Shown one piece after another: positions 26,573 through 42,768 of a stretch of DNA of 64,000 nucleotides. Location of the stretch: positions 2,232,001 to 2,296,000 of the forward strand of contig NC_079239.1 of NCBI RefSeq assembly GCF_027921745.1, in the 5' to 3' direction. The stretch comes from Schizosaccharomyces osmophilus. Lineage: Eukaryota. The translations under genes were made by a program, and so were the position numbers. How positions within the stretch are numbered: position 1 is the first letter of the stretch; each line of letters opens with the position of its first letter. The notes beneath the pieces are model-generated. The model saw only the letters and a program-made list of their open reading frames with translations, did no database searches and was not told the DNA's origin.

Positions 26573-27735
26573 CTTTGCAGGAACGGAAAGGAAATTTGAA
26601 GACAGAAGGAATAAACAACGTTAAAGATGTGATTCGAAGTAGAGAAACAATAAAAAACCAATGTCTTCTAACCTTGAAAGCTTTTATCTAATATAAAAAT
26701 GAAAAAAAAACAAGAAAAAAGGTCGTCTATGTAGACAAAAAATTGAGTTTTGAAAGTGTCGGAACGGTTTTATAAAACGGAAGACAAGGGTGCTTAACAA
26801 TTATCTGCTATTCAAGTCTTTATTGAAATCCTGCTTTAAATAAAATAGATCTCTCAAAACAATACCCTTTAGGAATTCCTCAATGGTTTGTACGAAAGAC
26901 AATGGTGGTAGATGGTAAGTTCGTAAATGGCTAATGAAGTAAGTAAACAAACAGGTTTATATACAATAGTGGCTAGAAGCGAAACAAATTAATCAATTTT
27001 AATTGTTAGTTTTTGATTGATAGACAAAAAATAAAACATGACTATAAAGTATTTTCGAAAATCATGCAGTTCATTTGAATGAAAAGCAATTGCATTTCCG
27101 CTAGTAAATTAAGCCATTTTAAGATAGAAGTCATAAAATATATATAAATAAAACATAAGAAGTGATTTAAAAATGGATCAAATAAGACATATGTAAGTCA
27201 ACGGTTACGGAAGTCCTTTCTTTGGAGATTTCGAGCTGACCCTAACTGAAGATTTCATTTCAATGAATTGCAGCAAGAGCATTCATAAAATCATATAAAA
27301 CTTAGTAAAAATATGGATTTTTAACTTTTCTACTTCCAAAAGGACGAATAATTACCTTTTCTTTACGCTTTTGCAAATGAATTCTGCTTTCGAAATAAGA
27401 ACCGAAACATAACGTCATATAATAAGCTTTACGTAGCCGAGTATACAGCAGTATGCACAATAAAAAATGTGTAGCAGAACGCAAATTAACATAACATTTC
27501 TGAATACACCTTTCCTAAACACAGGAAGAGGTCAAGAGAAGTTAGACGACACAAATCTTACAGTTGCAATAAGAGTAGATTCTTTTAACTTTTCTTACAG
27601 ACATTGCTTTTTATTTCTTTTCTTTTTGAAGGCTATACGGTGTTGTATTTACACGGGACACGCTCCGATTGTTGGATTCAACCAAGACACCTCAATTTCA
27701 TTTTTGCATTTTGCTCATTTGTATAAATATTCAGG

Positions 27736-30333
<2,598 letters not shown>

Positions 30334-30475
30334 ATTAATCAAGAACTATGATGGACACGCATTAGATAGCATGATGAATATATTCTATTATAATGCATAT
30401 CAACGTATATAAATTCATAAATTACTAGTGGAAGCCATAAAAGGAGAGAAGGAGATAAGGTTAGTCGGATCCAGC

Positions 30476-31153
30476 TTATAAATAGATGATCCAAGACAAG
30501 GAAAAGTAAAATAAAAAGAGAGGATAAGCCGCCAAGAACTTCTTATTGACAAGGTTGGAATTTTGCAATACGCCTAGAGAAGCAAAAGTAGCCCACGCAT
30601 ACATAGCTACGTTAACAGGTATGCGAATATAAAGTTGATCGAGAAAAGAACAAACGGCTGAAGAGATTACGAGGGGGAATGAAGAGTAACCAAGGATACA
30701 AATAGACTGGAAAATGCTAATGTTAGCACCCAAGAGTTTGATGTTTAAAGAACAGATAGCCTCGCCAAACCAAATGAGAGCAAAGACAACCGTAAAAATA
30801 GATTCTCGATCTGCTCTTGATGCAGGAAGAGCAAGGCATAAAGATATAACCAGAGAGAATATTAAAGGCCCCCATAAGTCCCAATCTCTCAACACTTGGG
30901 CATTTTTGGGATACAGGATGTAAATTAGTTTTTCGCCGATTGCTCGAAATTCGTTAAGCAAAGTAACTCGAATAGGTTCATCTAATGTATCGCCGCCTGT
31001 ATATCTAGTTTCAACAACCGATTCACCAGCAAACGTATCAGGTTCTACAGGTCTTGTTTCAACGTCGAAACTAGATTGAACTGGATCCATACGAAGCAAA
31101 TTCTCCGCTTCATCTTGCTCAATTTCTACATTAGGCTTATTAAAATCTGTCAT
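30476..31153 (-). CDS. yip4: Yip1-domain Golgi membrane protein (Yip4/YIPF6-like)
   Basis: TLDEP and LRDWDLWGPL motifs; five TM segments. Confidence 0.85.
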   Translation of the reverse strand: MTDFNKPNVEIEQDEAENLLRMDPVQSSFDVETRPVEPDTFAGESVVETRYTGGDTLDEPIRVTLLNEFRAIGEKLIYILYPKNAQVLRDWDLWGPLIFSLVISLCLALPASRADRESIFTVVFALIWFGEAICSLNIKLLGANISIFQSICILGYSSFPLVISSAVCSFLDQLYIRIPVNVAMYAWATFASLGVLQNSNLVNKKFLAAYPLFLFYFSLSWIIYL

Positions 31154-31906
31154 CTTTCGATTGGATTCGAGGTTTTATTAGAGACTTTCTTTACAAGTAC
31201 AAAAGTTGAGCTGCAGTGGGAAATTGGTTTTACGAACACTAACCCAAACATCATTATCCTTACTATGGAAATAATCTCTTGAATTTTTGCAGAATTGCTA
31301 TTTCTATGTATGTTATTTTAGATTCTTTTTTAAACTATCATTTCATTTAAGATGTCAGATTAAGAAAAAGAGAGACAATGAATATCATGCTTCTAACTAT
31401 CCAAAGGTTATAGTCAACTCATCACTATACATATTTTGTTAGCAGAGAGCAAGCAGGAAGCCATGAAGCTTCACAAACATTAATGAATAGATAGATGACG
31501 CTGAAAAAGACCAGCTCAATTATGAGACGCGCATCTCGGAAAAGAATGACCGATTGCATAAATATCCTCCATAACCAATTTTTTTTTTTTTTTTTTGTGT
31601 AAATAAATTAAATAATAAAACCTTAGAAGATGACTTCCTGGTATAAACAGGGATTAGCATAATGATATAAATAGAAAACGAGCATAGACCCTAACTGTGT
31701 TTCTTTCATCTCATGTAGATACAAACAAATTAAAAAATACAATACCAACTGACTTCGTTCATAACATATTTAGCCAAGAGTTTATAATTAGAGCGTAGCA
31801 CAGAAGGCGTTCAGGAATGGTAAATTTTTGTCGGTCCTTGGTTCTATGTAATTAAGAAAGGGAGAACGGTTTTGAAAATAACATATTTCAATAGAAGATT
31901 TATCAT

Positions 31907-33013
31907 TTAAATGGGAGCAAGAATTTCTTTGGGATCGCCAACACCGTCTGAATTGATGGCAAAAATGGCTTCGCTTTCAGGAAGGCATGGACTGTCGTAA
32001 ATTTTACATATTCTTTGCTCACCACGTCCTTTCCGCAAGGAAAGACGAGTCGTACTCGAGTGGGCAAGGATATTACCACCAATAGGCTTTTTGGGATCGG
32101 GGTTGAAAGAGATGCCATCGACTTGGGCCACTACTTGGTTGGTAATCACAACGGCAATCCCAAACTCATCTGCTAATCGTTGAAGTGTACGCATAAAACG
32201 AGCAAGGTGCATTTGACGAGCAGACAACTCACCACGGCCAGAAAAATCCGTACGATACAAAGCAGTACAACTATCCACGACGAGCATCGAAAACCGTGAT
32301 TCTGACATCATATTGGCTGCTTGCTGCAATAATTCAAGCTGGTGATCGGCGTTGTATGCACGAGCATAAGCAACATTGTCTAAGACTTCTTCGCCATTCA
32401 ATCCATATCGATCAGCAACGGCCAAAAGGCGGACAGGACGAAATGTACCTTCCGTATCGATATACAAACACTTTCCTTCTCCACCACCCATATCAATTGG
32501 CAATTGGCAAGTAACGGCTAAAGTATGACAGATTTGACTTTTACCAGTACGAAATTCACCGAATAATTCAGTAATGCTACCTGTTTCAACTCCACCTTGT
32601 AAGAGGGTGTCCAATTGCTTGGATCCCGTTGTAATAGTGATTAACTCGCTTCTTCGAATATGATATTCCGTTGCTGTCGTAAATCCCATGGGAACAAGCT
32701 TACTAGCTTCACCTAGCAGTTTGTCGGCCTTAGCTTCGGAAATACCTTTGATCAAAAGCAATTGTCGCTTGGGAGTGTAAGCAATCGATTCTACCGTATA
32801 GTAGCCTGAGTCATGGATTTTCTTAATATCAGTAGACGTGATTCCGTTTCCTTCAAGCATTTGAAGAGGCATGGGTCCTGCAATTCCTTCTTCTTCGGTT
32901 TCAACGTTTACATCGTCGTTGTAGTCAGGACCCCCGTTAGCAGGAGGAGCAGCATTGCCTACATTCGCATCATTCGGCTCATTGAGACGTACTTCTACCT
33001 CTGTATCGCCCAT
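31907..33013 (-). CDS. rad51: Recombinase Rad51
   Basis: [16 protein letters not shown] and [16 protein letters not shown] motifs. Confidence 0.99.
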   Translation of the reverse strand: MGDTEVEVRLNEPNDANVGNAAPPANGGPDYNDDVNVETEEEGIAGPMPLQMLEGNGITSTDIKKIHDSGYYTVESIAYTPKRQLLLIKGISEAKADKLLGEASKLVPMGFTTATEYHIRRSELITITTGSKQLDTLLQGGVETGSITELFGEFRTGKSQICHTLAVTCQLPIDMGGGEGKCLYIDTEGTFRPVRLLAVADRYGLNGEEVLDNVAYARAYNADHQLELLQQAANMMSESRFSMLVVDSCTALYRTDFSGRGELSARQMHLARFMRTLQRLADEFGIAVVITNQVVAQVDGISFNPDPKKPIGGNILAHSSTTRLSLRKGRGEQRICKIYDSPCLPESEAIFAINSDGVGDPKEILAPI

Positions 33014-33174
33014 TCTCTCAGTATTTCGTTACTTCGACTCAGTTCAAATGAAGGTATAGCAAAATTAAGCAAAAGAATGTCGAAATAAGGCACTTGCGCC
33101 AGCTGTTCTTTCAAAGAAACCCGTCTTTAGGGTATTGGTTTTAGACAAAAAAATCCAATGTGCATACTATTAAA

Positions 33175-33188
33175 ACGCGTCTACGCGT
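33175..33188. promoter_or_regulatory. Tandem MCB elements (ACGCGT x2) upstream of rad51
   Basis: ACGCGTctACGCGT about 160 bp upstream of the rad51 ATG. Confidence 0.7.
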
Positions 33189-33234
33189 TTCTTCATTAGC
33201 GTACTATTATGAGCTTTGTTACAAATGAATTGTT

Positions 33235-33263
33235 AGGGTAGGGTATGAAAGAAGATAGTCACA
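33235..33263 (+). promoter_or_regulatory. Homol-E (AGGGTAGGGT) plus Homol-D-like (TAGTCACA) boxes
   Basis: Canonical E-then-D arrangement upstream of rpp1. Confidence 0.8.
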
Positions 33264-33338
33264 TGAGTCGAAACTAAACACTAGATCGGAACGAAACGCT
33301 CGCGTTGCACATACAACAAGAGAACAGCACTGGTCAAA

Positions 33339-33819
33339 ATGTCTGCCTCTGAACTTGCTACTAGTTATTCAGCTCTCATTTTGGCTGACGAGGGTATTGA
33401 AATCACTGTAAGTGCCTTTCTTTGTGACATTTAGCAAGCACACAAGCGTGTGAGATGTCAGTGAGTGATGTTCGCTGAAGTAGTTTCTACGCGTTTTTTT
33501 GGAAATATGCTTCTATTTGTGTCTTTTTTATTATTTCGTTCAGCAATATACTAACTGTCTACTCTAGTCTGACAAGCTCTTGTCTTTGACCAAGGCTGCC
33601 AATGTCGAAGTTGAACCCATCTGGGCTACCATTTTCGCTAAGGCTCTTGAAGGCAAGGACCTTAAGGAACTTCTCTTAAACATTGGTTCCGGTGCCGGTG
33701 CTGCTCCCGTTGCTGCCCCTGCCCCTGCTGCTGGTGAAGCTCCTGCTGCTGAGAAGAAGGAAGAGGCCAAGGCCGAAGAAGAATCAGACGAAGATATGGG
33801 CTTCGGTTTGTTCGACTAA
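33339..33819 (+). CDS. rpp101: 60S acidic ribosomal protein P1, 2 exons (33339-33407, 33568-33819)
   Basis: [27 protein letters not shown]...[13 protein letters not shown]. Confidence 0.95.
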
Positions 33820-34407
33820 ACATTGTGTGTCATGTTACCAGTCCAGCTTCTTTCTCTAAAAAAATTAAATTGATTACCTTCACTTTACACTGTGTAGGAA
33901 GATGATTTTGTCGTAGTTTCGATCATCCTTGTAGACGGCGGTTTGTAACCAAGTAGGCGAAGTGTGGTTCCGTGAAGTCATTTAATGTATTTTCATAATG
34001 TTCAAATGAAAGAGTGAGGTCTTGTTCATTTCTATGTTAAAGCATCTGCCATCTTTTGCGTAATGAAAGTTGATTGAGAAAGGCATTCTAAGACATGGCA
34101 TGGTTGCTTGAAAAAGAAGTATTCTCGGCCCTCCAAGTTTTCTAAGCTTGTTTTTACATAACATAATCAATAATTCTAAAGTAGCATTTTTAGTCTGTTT
34201 TTCTACTAATGGTGAAAGATTTAGCTATTCGCTAACTGCCAGGTCATTTCCAAATCAAGCTTTTTTTGATTAGTTGCTAATAATTTAAAAATATACAATT
34301 CATTCAATATTTTCATAGACATTGCTCATCCTATAGTTACTGTGGTTGTATCCATTCACATTTCCTCTTGAGCACTGACAGAATCCTTACGCTCTACCAC
34401 CCATACC

Positions 34408-35650
34408 ATGAATCCATCATGTGTGGTTTACGGTACGTTTTATTAGCTTCGTTTTGGTTAAACTAACTTTTTTTGAATCTATAGTGGGTAATATTCCTTA
34501 TGAGATGGCTGAAGAACAGGTCACTGACATCTTTAGACAAAGTGGCCCTGTAAAGTCTTTTCATCTTGTCATTGACCCAGAATCTGGGCAGCCCAAAGGC
34601 TATGGTTTTTGCGAATACCATGATACTGCTACTGCGGCTTCTGCAGTCCGGAATCTAAACAATTATGATGCAGGCACGAGGCGATTACGCGTTGACTTTC
34701 CTACAGCAGACCAAATTCGCCGACTAGACAAATTGGTTGGACCTCCTTCGTATGGACAATACTCACAGCCTTATTCTATGCCTTCCTATGGCTATAATCC
34801 TCCTTATAATTCTTACCCACCGGCTAACCCAAACTATGGTTATTCTGCTTACCCTCCAGCTCCGAATTACTTTCGAGGAACGCCATCTCAGTCCACGGGA
34901 GTGTTTGGCAACGAAGATATTTATCGCACGTTAACCCAATTAGCTCCTAATGAATTAGATTATATGCTGTCTGCTGTCAAGGCTTTATGTTTAGAAGCCC
35001 CTGCTCAAGCAGAACAGTTGCTGGCTGCTAACCCTCAGCTCAGTTATGCCGTGTTTCAATCTATGGTTATGAAACAATACATTCCTGAATCATCGATTGG
35101 CGATTTGCTAGTACCTCCCACCAGTGCTAAACCGCCTTCAACAGATATAGCGGCTCGCAGTTTTGCTAGTCCCCTAATGGCCCCTACATCGGGCTCTCCT
35201 TATGGTTCAATTCCTCCCCGATCATCAGAGTCCTTTGCGAGACCATATTCTTCATATATGGGACCATATGCAAAACAGCCCAGCCCATACGTTGGAATGC
35301 CAACTGCACCAGCTGTAACCTCAAGAGGCTCTACGCCAGCCTCTGTTCCTTTGTCTCCTATGCGCGGGTATGCTTTCCCCTCCAATACTGGTGCACACCC
35401 TCCCACTGCAGTTGGCAACGGTATACGACCTATGTCTATATCAGCTCCCGCAGTAGCTGCGCGAAGCCCTTCTATTCCAATATCAAACACTACAAGTCAG
35501 AGTAACGCTACTGCTACACAAAATGAAGAAGCTACTAAAGCCGCTTTAATAGCACAACTAATGGCTTTAACAGATGAACAAATAAGTGTATTACCACAGG
35601 AACAAAAAGAAAAGATCATTGAAATTAGAAAGGCGGTATCTGGAAAATGA
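34408..35650 (+). CDS. rna15: mRNA cleavage factor Rna15/CstF-64-like RRM protein, 2 exons (34408-34432, 34485-35650)
   Basis: VVYVGNIPY RNP2, KGYGFCEY RNP1, hinge region and C-terminal LTDEQISVLP motif. Confidence 0.88.
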
Positions 35651-35779
35651 GCTAGGGGGGAAGAGAAAAGAGTGAAAAATTAGACTGCCATTCAAGGTTA
35701 GAGTTGTTTCTGATGGATTTTGAGGGACAAAAATATAAACAAAATATGAAGACAAGTACTACTAGTGAGAAGCAACGGC

Positions 35780-36562
35780 TTATCTTTTGCGCGTATCGTA
35801 AACATAGACAGGGCTCTTGTTGGGTCCAGGAACAGCACCTCGAACTAGAATGCAATTAAGATCAGGGTCTACATCCCAGACTAAAATATGTTCAATTGTT
35901 GAACTTTTGTGACCCATATGGCCTGCCATTTTACGGCCTGGGAGAACACGACCCGGGGTGGTATTTTGACCTGTTGAACCGGCAGTACGATGCGACAAGG
36001 AAGCACCGTGAGACGCGTTTCCTCCTGCAAATCCCCATCGTTTCATGACACCAGCAAACCCTTTTCCTTTTGTAACTCCCTTAATATCAACGTATTGTTT
36101 TGGTTGAAAGTAATCCGCATTCAATTCAGTGCCCGAGGGTATGAGTCCTGATTCATCACGAACTTGAAATTCTTTAATATGCATCTTAGGGAAAACACCA
36201 CTAGCGAAGAACTGACCCTGATCAGCTTTTGTAAGAGCGTGAGGCTTTCTTATGCCCGCACCCATTTGAACAGCGTAATAACCGTGCTTTTCCTTTGTAC
36301 GGCTCGCCATAGCTTGGACGCGATCAAATTGTAAAATCGTCAATGGGATCCACTTTCCTGTTTCATTGTCCCATGCACTAGTCATTCCTTTCTTAAGTAA
36401 AATCACACCCGTCCTTGGGAGCAAGTGGCGCCTTGCATGTGCTGCTTCTGGTGAATCTTGTATTATTCGTTTAGGGATTGCAGTTGCGCTTTGTGCATAC
36501 CCACGCAAATGTATCGGGCGAAAACTCAAACATGAGCGATGAAAAATGGATGCAAGATTCAT
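35780..36562 (-). CDS. mrpl9: Mitochondrial ribosomal protein uL3m
   Basis: KGKGFAGVMKRWGF, HRTAGSTG and GRKMAGHMG motifs; N-terminal presequence. Confidence 0.92.
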   Translation of the reverse strand: MNLASIFHRSCLSFRPIHLRGYAQSATAIPKRIIQDSPEAAHARRHLLPRTGVILLKKGMTSAWDNETGKWIPLTILQFDRVQAMASRTKEKHGYYAVQMGAGIRKPHALTKADQGQFFASGVFPKMHIKEFQVRDESGLIPSGTELNADYFQPKQYVDIKGVTKGKGFAGVMKRWGFAGGNASHGASLSHRTAGSTGQNTTPGRVLPGRKMAGHMGHKSSTIEHILVWDVDPDLNCILVRGAVPGPNKSPVYVYDTRKR

Positions 36563-37252
36563 GATTTCTTCAAGAAATCGAGATGGATAGAAAAGGTAGT
36601 TTCGACTGCCTTTGCTTCAATGGGATGCTTTCATAACATTCATTGGAGTGCAGTAAATTGGTTAGCGTCTTTGGTACAGTTCACTAAGCTTGTAATTTGA
36701 AGAAATTGAATAGAGAATGAAAATACAAAAGGATGCGTAGGTTGAATGGGTTTTTTTTTGTTTTTTGTTTTTTGTTTTTTGTTTTTTGGAAACGAAGGAA
36801 GAGATACTTGGCTTCACGAACGCTACAAGAGGCTACTCTTGGGTCATGGCGAAACATAGAAAGTAGCTACGTAGAAAATGCTGATCAGACAGTCCTTCAA
36901 TTCCTTTTCTGGATGTATACATTGATTCAATAAAGAAATCAACTAGATAAAAGTACAAGATTTACAAAAGTAAATGACAGCATTAAACGTTGTCGACATA
37001 GGATCCATTGTAAACAAGACTTATTTTGGTTTGGGTAAGATACTTGTGTTCAAGATTCAAGATCACACTTGAGGTATTTGCTTGGTAACTCACTATGTAC
37101 GATCATTAACATCATGAAGGTAGAATGGAAAGGAGAATGACAGTCGTAAAAAAAAAATAGGGACAGAAAAGTTCGAAGAGAGGAAACGAGAGAATGTACC
37201 ACCCGACAAGCAAATGTTCATAATCGTCAACAAAAAAATCATTCCATCAAGA

Positions 37253-38008
37253 TTAATCATCTCCAGCAGGAATTTCTTCCTTCAGAATCTGTTTCAGATG
37301 AACCTTCAGATTCGTGTGCTCATCTCCCCGTAAAATGTCATGAACGAAATAAGCGTCAACATCCATTTGAACCTTTTCCTTGTTAGTTTTTTTAAATATA
37401 TATGTATATATAGAATGCAAATAAATGATACAAGATACCTGCTTTTTTTATCAACAGAGACCTACTTAAATTCCCTTACCATTTCAAGAGTACCACGAAT
37501 AACTCCACACAAGATGTTGGAGTACCATAACTTCGAGCGAGCTTCGACTGGCAATTCTACAAATTCTCCCAATGGATTGTCATCAAGAGTGAGCGTGAAT
37601 GTCTTGTCCTCTTCCGACCAGTCTGTTACAACGGGCGTTACGTTCAAGAACATTTTAAAGCCCACCTTGGCTACCGTTTCGGCAGTCTCCCGAAAGTCTA
37701 CACAACGCTGCCATTCAGTTCTAGCCAAGAAATCTTCAATGAGCCGAATTCCAATGTTATACCCCCTTGTAAACAATGTTAGTCTTCGAGTATAGCAAGG
37801 AACAAACCTTACATTTTTTCTAATTCCTCATTTACATGTTCATAGCTCATGTCTCGACACAACTGAGCGACGATGGAGCCATAGGTTAATACGAATAGTT
37901 CGGCATTCTGTTTTAATTAGTTTCCATCAAAGCAGCCATGGTCCGCTAGTCGCATACCACTTTTTCTACTTTCTTATAAACATCCTCTCCTACTTTGGAT
38001 TTTGACAT
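37253..38008 (-). CDS. bet3: TRAPP subunit Bet3, 4 exons
   Basis: NAELFVLTYGSIV, GYNIGIRLIEDFLA, LWYSNILCGVIRG and EEIPAGDD* motifs. Confidence 0.93.
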
Positions 38009-38657
38009 GGCAATTGCTGGTTTGTTTACACTTTTCTGTCGATTTGGTCGTCGTTAACTACGCTTTACTGGTGAATGAAGAACCCTACCCTACATCTGTG
38101 ACCATTCGAAAATGTTTCATAAATACTTTGGCTATTGTGTGTTAACTTATCTTTACCAAGCATGCATCTTAAAGATCTGAGTTGGTTTTCTGATTCCTTG
38201 AGCACTTTTCTACCGGGATGAGATGCTTCTTGTCGAGGAAGAAAAGAGCTGATGGAATTTGAATCTGCAAACATGGTGCGAAAATGGTACTTTTCATTGA
38301 CTACGCTGATGATTGATTTCGTTGCTGGAGATATATCGATGAAGGCACAATTTAAAGACTACAACGGTATCTGAGTAGACAGTGAATAGCCATTTTCGTG
38401 CTACGGTTTATAGACATCAAGAGTAACAAGTTTCAAGTGAAGTAAATAGACCATAGAAGGAAGAGTTCGAAATATAACACAGATTTTGTTGTATAAAACT
38501 TTGCATTTCATTGTAGTGTTATATACGTTATTCGCGGTATCATAACTAGAACTCGTTGGCATTATAACTACGTGTTGACGAAACAATTAAAGATACCCTT
38601 AATTGCAAACCCTTGAATGGTCTTGAGTCGTGTGGAAATCGAGTTTCCCTCATAAGC

Positions 38658-39598
38658 TCAAAATACGACTTGTTCAAGAGTGTTTAAAAACATGTAACGG
38701 GACAAGTAAATCCATCCATAACGAAACCATACCATTTGGCTACGGTGGCCTTCAATCATGGCATTGCGTATGGTCTGTATGGATTGTCTTTTGGCTTCAA
38801 TCGTAATGTGCTTCTGTTTACTAGAAAGAAACTGAACAACAACCATTCGACAACAATCGAGCCAGTACAAATATTTTTGAAAAAATCCCACTGACTTCAA
38901 AGTGAAGAGCTGCATGTCAGCAACCATTTTGGAGGCATTTCTGATGCTTAAGTTAGCGTTTGAATGAAAACGTGCATAGACAGGCAGGAGTGTTCCTTGT
39001 TTTTCTTAACTTACAGAGCACCGTAAAAGCAAGCTTTGTGATTTGGATGTCCCGAAATACCATCTTTGTCAAACGTAATTGCCTATTACGGACAGGTTAG
39101 TGGACTTGGATTTGAACAAGAAATAATCTAGCGAGAAACATACCAACTTGATGTCCTTTTCCGTTATGTACTTATGAATGTGTTTGGCAATCACAATGGA
39201 ATCCCATCGTTCGTACATGCCATCGCTTAGCCTTTTGTCAGAGAGAATCTGAATGTTGCTTTTTGGGATTCGATATTGAGAAGCTGCATTAACAAGTTCG
39301 GTTTGTCGAAGATATCCAAGGCCATCAGCGTTTCCTAAAAGAAAAAGGTCAGAAATAGTGTTTGCCAGGGCGAAGTGTGCGAATTACCGTTGGACAAGCA
39401 TAAGAGATGCACTTGCACATTTTGATGCTGGCTTAGATACTCCAGAGTAGGTCCAAAAAACATGCTTTCATCATCAGGATGCGCAAATATGATTAGGACA
39501 CGGTCTTTAAGCAGCTTGCTTTTACTTTCAGTAGAAAAGTCTACTACAGAAGCTATGCCCATAATTATGACAGCCAAAGTTAACCAGAACCAAATCAT
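38658..39598 (-). CDS. gpi12: GlcNAc-PI de-N-acetylase (PIG-L), multi-exon
   Basis: N-terminal TM, AHPDDESMFFGPT, CLSNGN and HRSQMVWFR motifs. Confidence 0.9.
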
Positions 39599-40661
39599 TT
39601 TGTTAATGTCTTTTGTCTTTATTTCTTAAATCAACTACAGAGGCCGTATGGGTAAAATTATCATATCTGTCTGAGAATGCCCTATATAGTGTGTTTTGTT
39701 TATGGCAGGAAGTTTCTGGTAATATCAGTATGTAATGGGCACCAAACCTCCAGAAGTGTTTACTCTTTAAAGCGGAAATTTTAAATCTATATATATATAT
39801 ATATATGGATAGAAAAGTAGAAAATTGTCGTTGATCTTATCGCTTAAAAATGGTGTGGTTTCACAAATGATCAGTAGATGTACATTGCGTTTTGACAATT
39901 TTGTAGCTGACGAAGCTTGAAGCAACTGAAGAACTTAATCAGACTTTACATTAGAAAAATCCATAGAAGGATGCTCTGCCGGTTTCTTTGCTCCTATTTC
40001 CCATTGAAAACGACGCTGGTTTCCTTGCTGTGATTGTAAACGAAAGCCAACATAATCGTATACAAGTTTTCTCAAGCAGAAATGTTATGGCATTGTTAGA
40101 AGAAGAAGTGCAAGATGAAAAGACACATCTTGCTATTCTGTTTGTCTTGCTTGTTTGCTAAATTTACCATGTACTTAGTTACTGTCTCCTATTAGCAAAA
40201 CCAATCCTTTTGAAGTCAAAAGAGTCAAAAGAAAAGAAATAGAACATATCATTCATTCGAAAAATAACTAGTTGTTTTTGCTAACCGTTTCGAGACTTCT
40301 AAATGTAAAAATATCGATTCATTCCTACTTTTCCAAAACAAAAAATCGTCTTGACTACAAGTTATAGCCTTGCTGATGGATACAAGCTGAAATTCATCTT
40401 CTCCAAACTTAAACAACTAAAAAGCAAAGAAAAAAAGAGAAATTATTCTTGTTTGCAGGATTTGTTTGTTTTTTCAATTTTTTTACTACAACTACTCCTT
40501 CATGGAATGAACAGCTTCATTGTCACATCATTCTTCAAAAACTAAATTTTTCATATTCACATTTGCTGATTCAACTTGGGCGGAGAGAACAAGGGCAAAA
40601 ATATTTATAAGGGTACGGATACATACTAAAGGAATTTCTTTAGAGTGTTTTCTTTTGCAGC

Positions 40662-41345
40662 ATGGAAGACGAGCTGTTTAATGACTCATGCGATGAAGAA
40701 AACGAGTTTGATCGAGCTTTACAAGAAGCTGATCAAGACTCCATACACAACAGTGTGAGTTCATGGACCCAAGTCCCTATAGAATCTATTTCAGGCTTGT
40801 CTTACTACCCAAATTGGCTTCCCCCGGACCTACAAAATCAAATTGCGAATGTTTTACCTGAAAGCCTGTTTTCAGATACCAACTCTGGAAGACAATTGCA
40901 CCTATACGTTCCTTTCCCAGAGCCAATTCAACGCTTAAACAAGTACTTACCATCCGAGTTTTTGTCCGACATTTGGAGGGATCAACCTGCTGAAGCCTCC
41001 ATCATCCAAGTTTATAATCCAGGCGATGGGATTATCCCTCACAAAGATTTGGACATGTTTGCCGATGGTGTCGCCATCTACTCTTTCTTTTCAGACATAA
41101 CTATGGTGTTTACGTTACCATCTCAAAAACTCAAATGCGATGTACGGCTACAAAAGGGAAGTTTGGTTGTCATGCATGGGCCAGCAAGATACCAATGGCT
41201 CCATGAAATACCATTTCGAGGAGGAGATTGGATTCCATTATCTTCCCAAGATGAAGCAGCATCCTCAAAACAAACTTGGATGCCAAGGAATCAACGTTTC
41301 AGCATTACTATGAGACGAATTGTAGAAAACCATACCTTTGGGTAG
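40662..41345 (+). CDS. ofd2: AlkB-like 2OG-Fe(II) dioxygenase
   Basis: YNPGDGIIPHKD (HxD), WLHEI and RFSITMR motifs. Confidence 0.8.
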   Translation: MEDELFNDSCDEENEFDRALQEADQDSIHNSVSSWTQVPIESISGLSYYPNWLPPDLQNQIANVLPESLFSDTNSGRQLHLYVPFPEPIQRLNKYLPSEFLSDIWRDQPAEASIIQVYNPGDGIIPHKDLDMFADGVAIYSFFSDITMVFTLPSQKLKCDVRLQKGSLVVMHGPARYQWLHEIPFRGGDWIPLSSQDEAASSKQTWMPRNQRFSITMRRIVENHTFG

Positions 41346-41742
41346 CTCCCCTAATTATCTTTTGCATCTTTTAGCTACTATACACTCCTCAAAAAACATT
41401 CCTCCTATATATTTTCATATTATGCATTTCTTCTTTTCATTCACCTTTCACTTTCTAATTCACCATCCTGCTCTCCTTCACTCGTTTCTTTTCAAAAGCT
41501 ATTCTGTATCATTTCTTTTTACATTGCCGATTAGCTTCCCTCTACAGTACATTCAATCGGTCTGTGTTTTCAATTCAAACAATCTACACTCAGGTTTCTA
41601 CTACTTTGCATATAAGATGAAAGCATATAAAGCTGTGCTTCATTAATTTACAAATGTCAACTCATTAACCATAGTTTAACCCAGGAATTGCTATTCCATT
41701 TTTGATTGTATGAAACAAAATGAGCCATCTCTAGCTCTACAT

Positions 41743-42204
41743 TTATTGCTGTTCCTCTTCGTCGTTGCCGACAACGACGTTGTAGTAACGCAACTCGTAG
41801 ACACCCTTCTTGGTGGAAACGACACGAAGCCAGTCACGGAGCTATAAACGTATTAGCTACATGTTTGACTAAATAAGGCTAAAAGATAAGTAAGACTTAC
41901 AGAGTGCTTCTTCAAGAACTTCTTGGTCAAGTACTTCAAGTAACGACCAGAGAAGTCGATGTGAGCAATGACAGCAACCTTGCTGGAGCCTTCACGAGAA
42001 ACAACGACGGAAGAGCCCAAGTTACCAGTCTTGCCATCGACCTTGATGCGGTCGATCAAGTACTTTTCGAAAGCGGAGATATCAAAGATCTTGTCATTGA
42101 CGGCAGCAGTAGCGTCGATAACGTACTTGTTGCTAACCTTTGCTGCTTTTTTCTACGTATAAGTTAGCCTACTGGCATCATCCAGCAAAGCAACTTACAA
42201 CCAT
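41743..42204 (-). CDS. rpl22: 60S ribosomal protein L22, 3 exons (42204-42199, 42152-41901, 41841-41743)
   Basis: IKVDGKTGNLG, RYLKYLTKKFLKKHS|LRDWLRVVS. Confidence 0.95.
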
Positions 42205-42286
42205 GATGACTTCTTCCTACGAGTGTTGAGGTGGTGGAGGATGAATGCTGCAAAACCCGGTTTCCAAATTTGTGTAAAAGAAAAAC

Positions 42287-42316
42287 CAGTCACAGTAACA
42301 GAAGTAGCCCTACCCT
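42287..42316 (-). promoter_or_regulatory. Homol-D and Homol-E boxes of the rpl22 promoter
   Basis: CAGTCACA at 42287-42294 and CCCTACCCT at 42308-42316. Confidence 0.75.
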
Positions 42317-42768
42317 ATTTGTCTACTCGATTTTCAAAATAACGAATCATTTCATATTACCCTATTTTTAGTCTCTTGATATAATATGATATTTCAATAA
42401 GTTATGAATAATCTCAATTTGTTTCATTCTTCGAGGCTGTCAAATAAAGAATCAGTGAGTTAAAAGCTTCATCAATGCTCGCTTTTGTGTAGCCTTGACA
42501 GAGAAAGAACGACAATGGTCGTTTATCGCGATGGTCGTTTATCGCGAGCCAAAGTAGAGATACTTGAAAACAAAATGTAACAAAAAATAATTAATTAAAG
42601 CATCAAATAATCAATATGAAAACTAACTTTGTATAAATTTTGACAATTTAGTTTGTCTTTCTATGTGAGTCTCAAAATAAATTAGGATGGATAGGATGAA
42701 ATCATCACATGATTTTATCAATACATGAGTTAGCTAATGTATTCCCTCTGCACATAATTTCCATCCTT

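Noticed and set aside
39970..40161. About 63-codon open frame between gpi12 and ofd2
   Set aside because: No upstream exon, start context or motif found.
42515..42546. Perfect 16-bp tandem duplication ATGGTCGTTTATCGCG x2
   Set aside because: Isolated slippage-type duplication with no element features.
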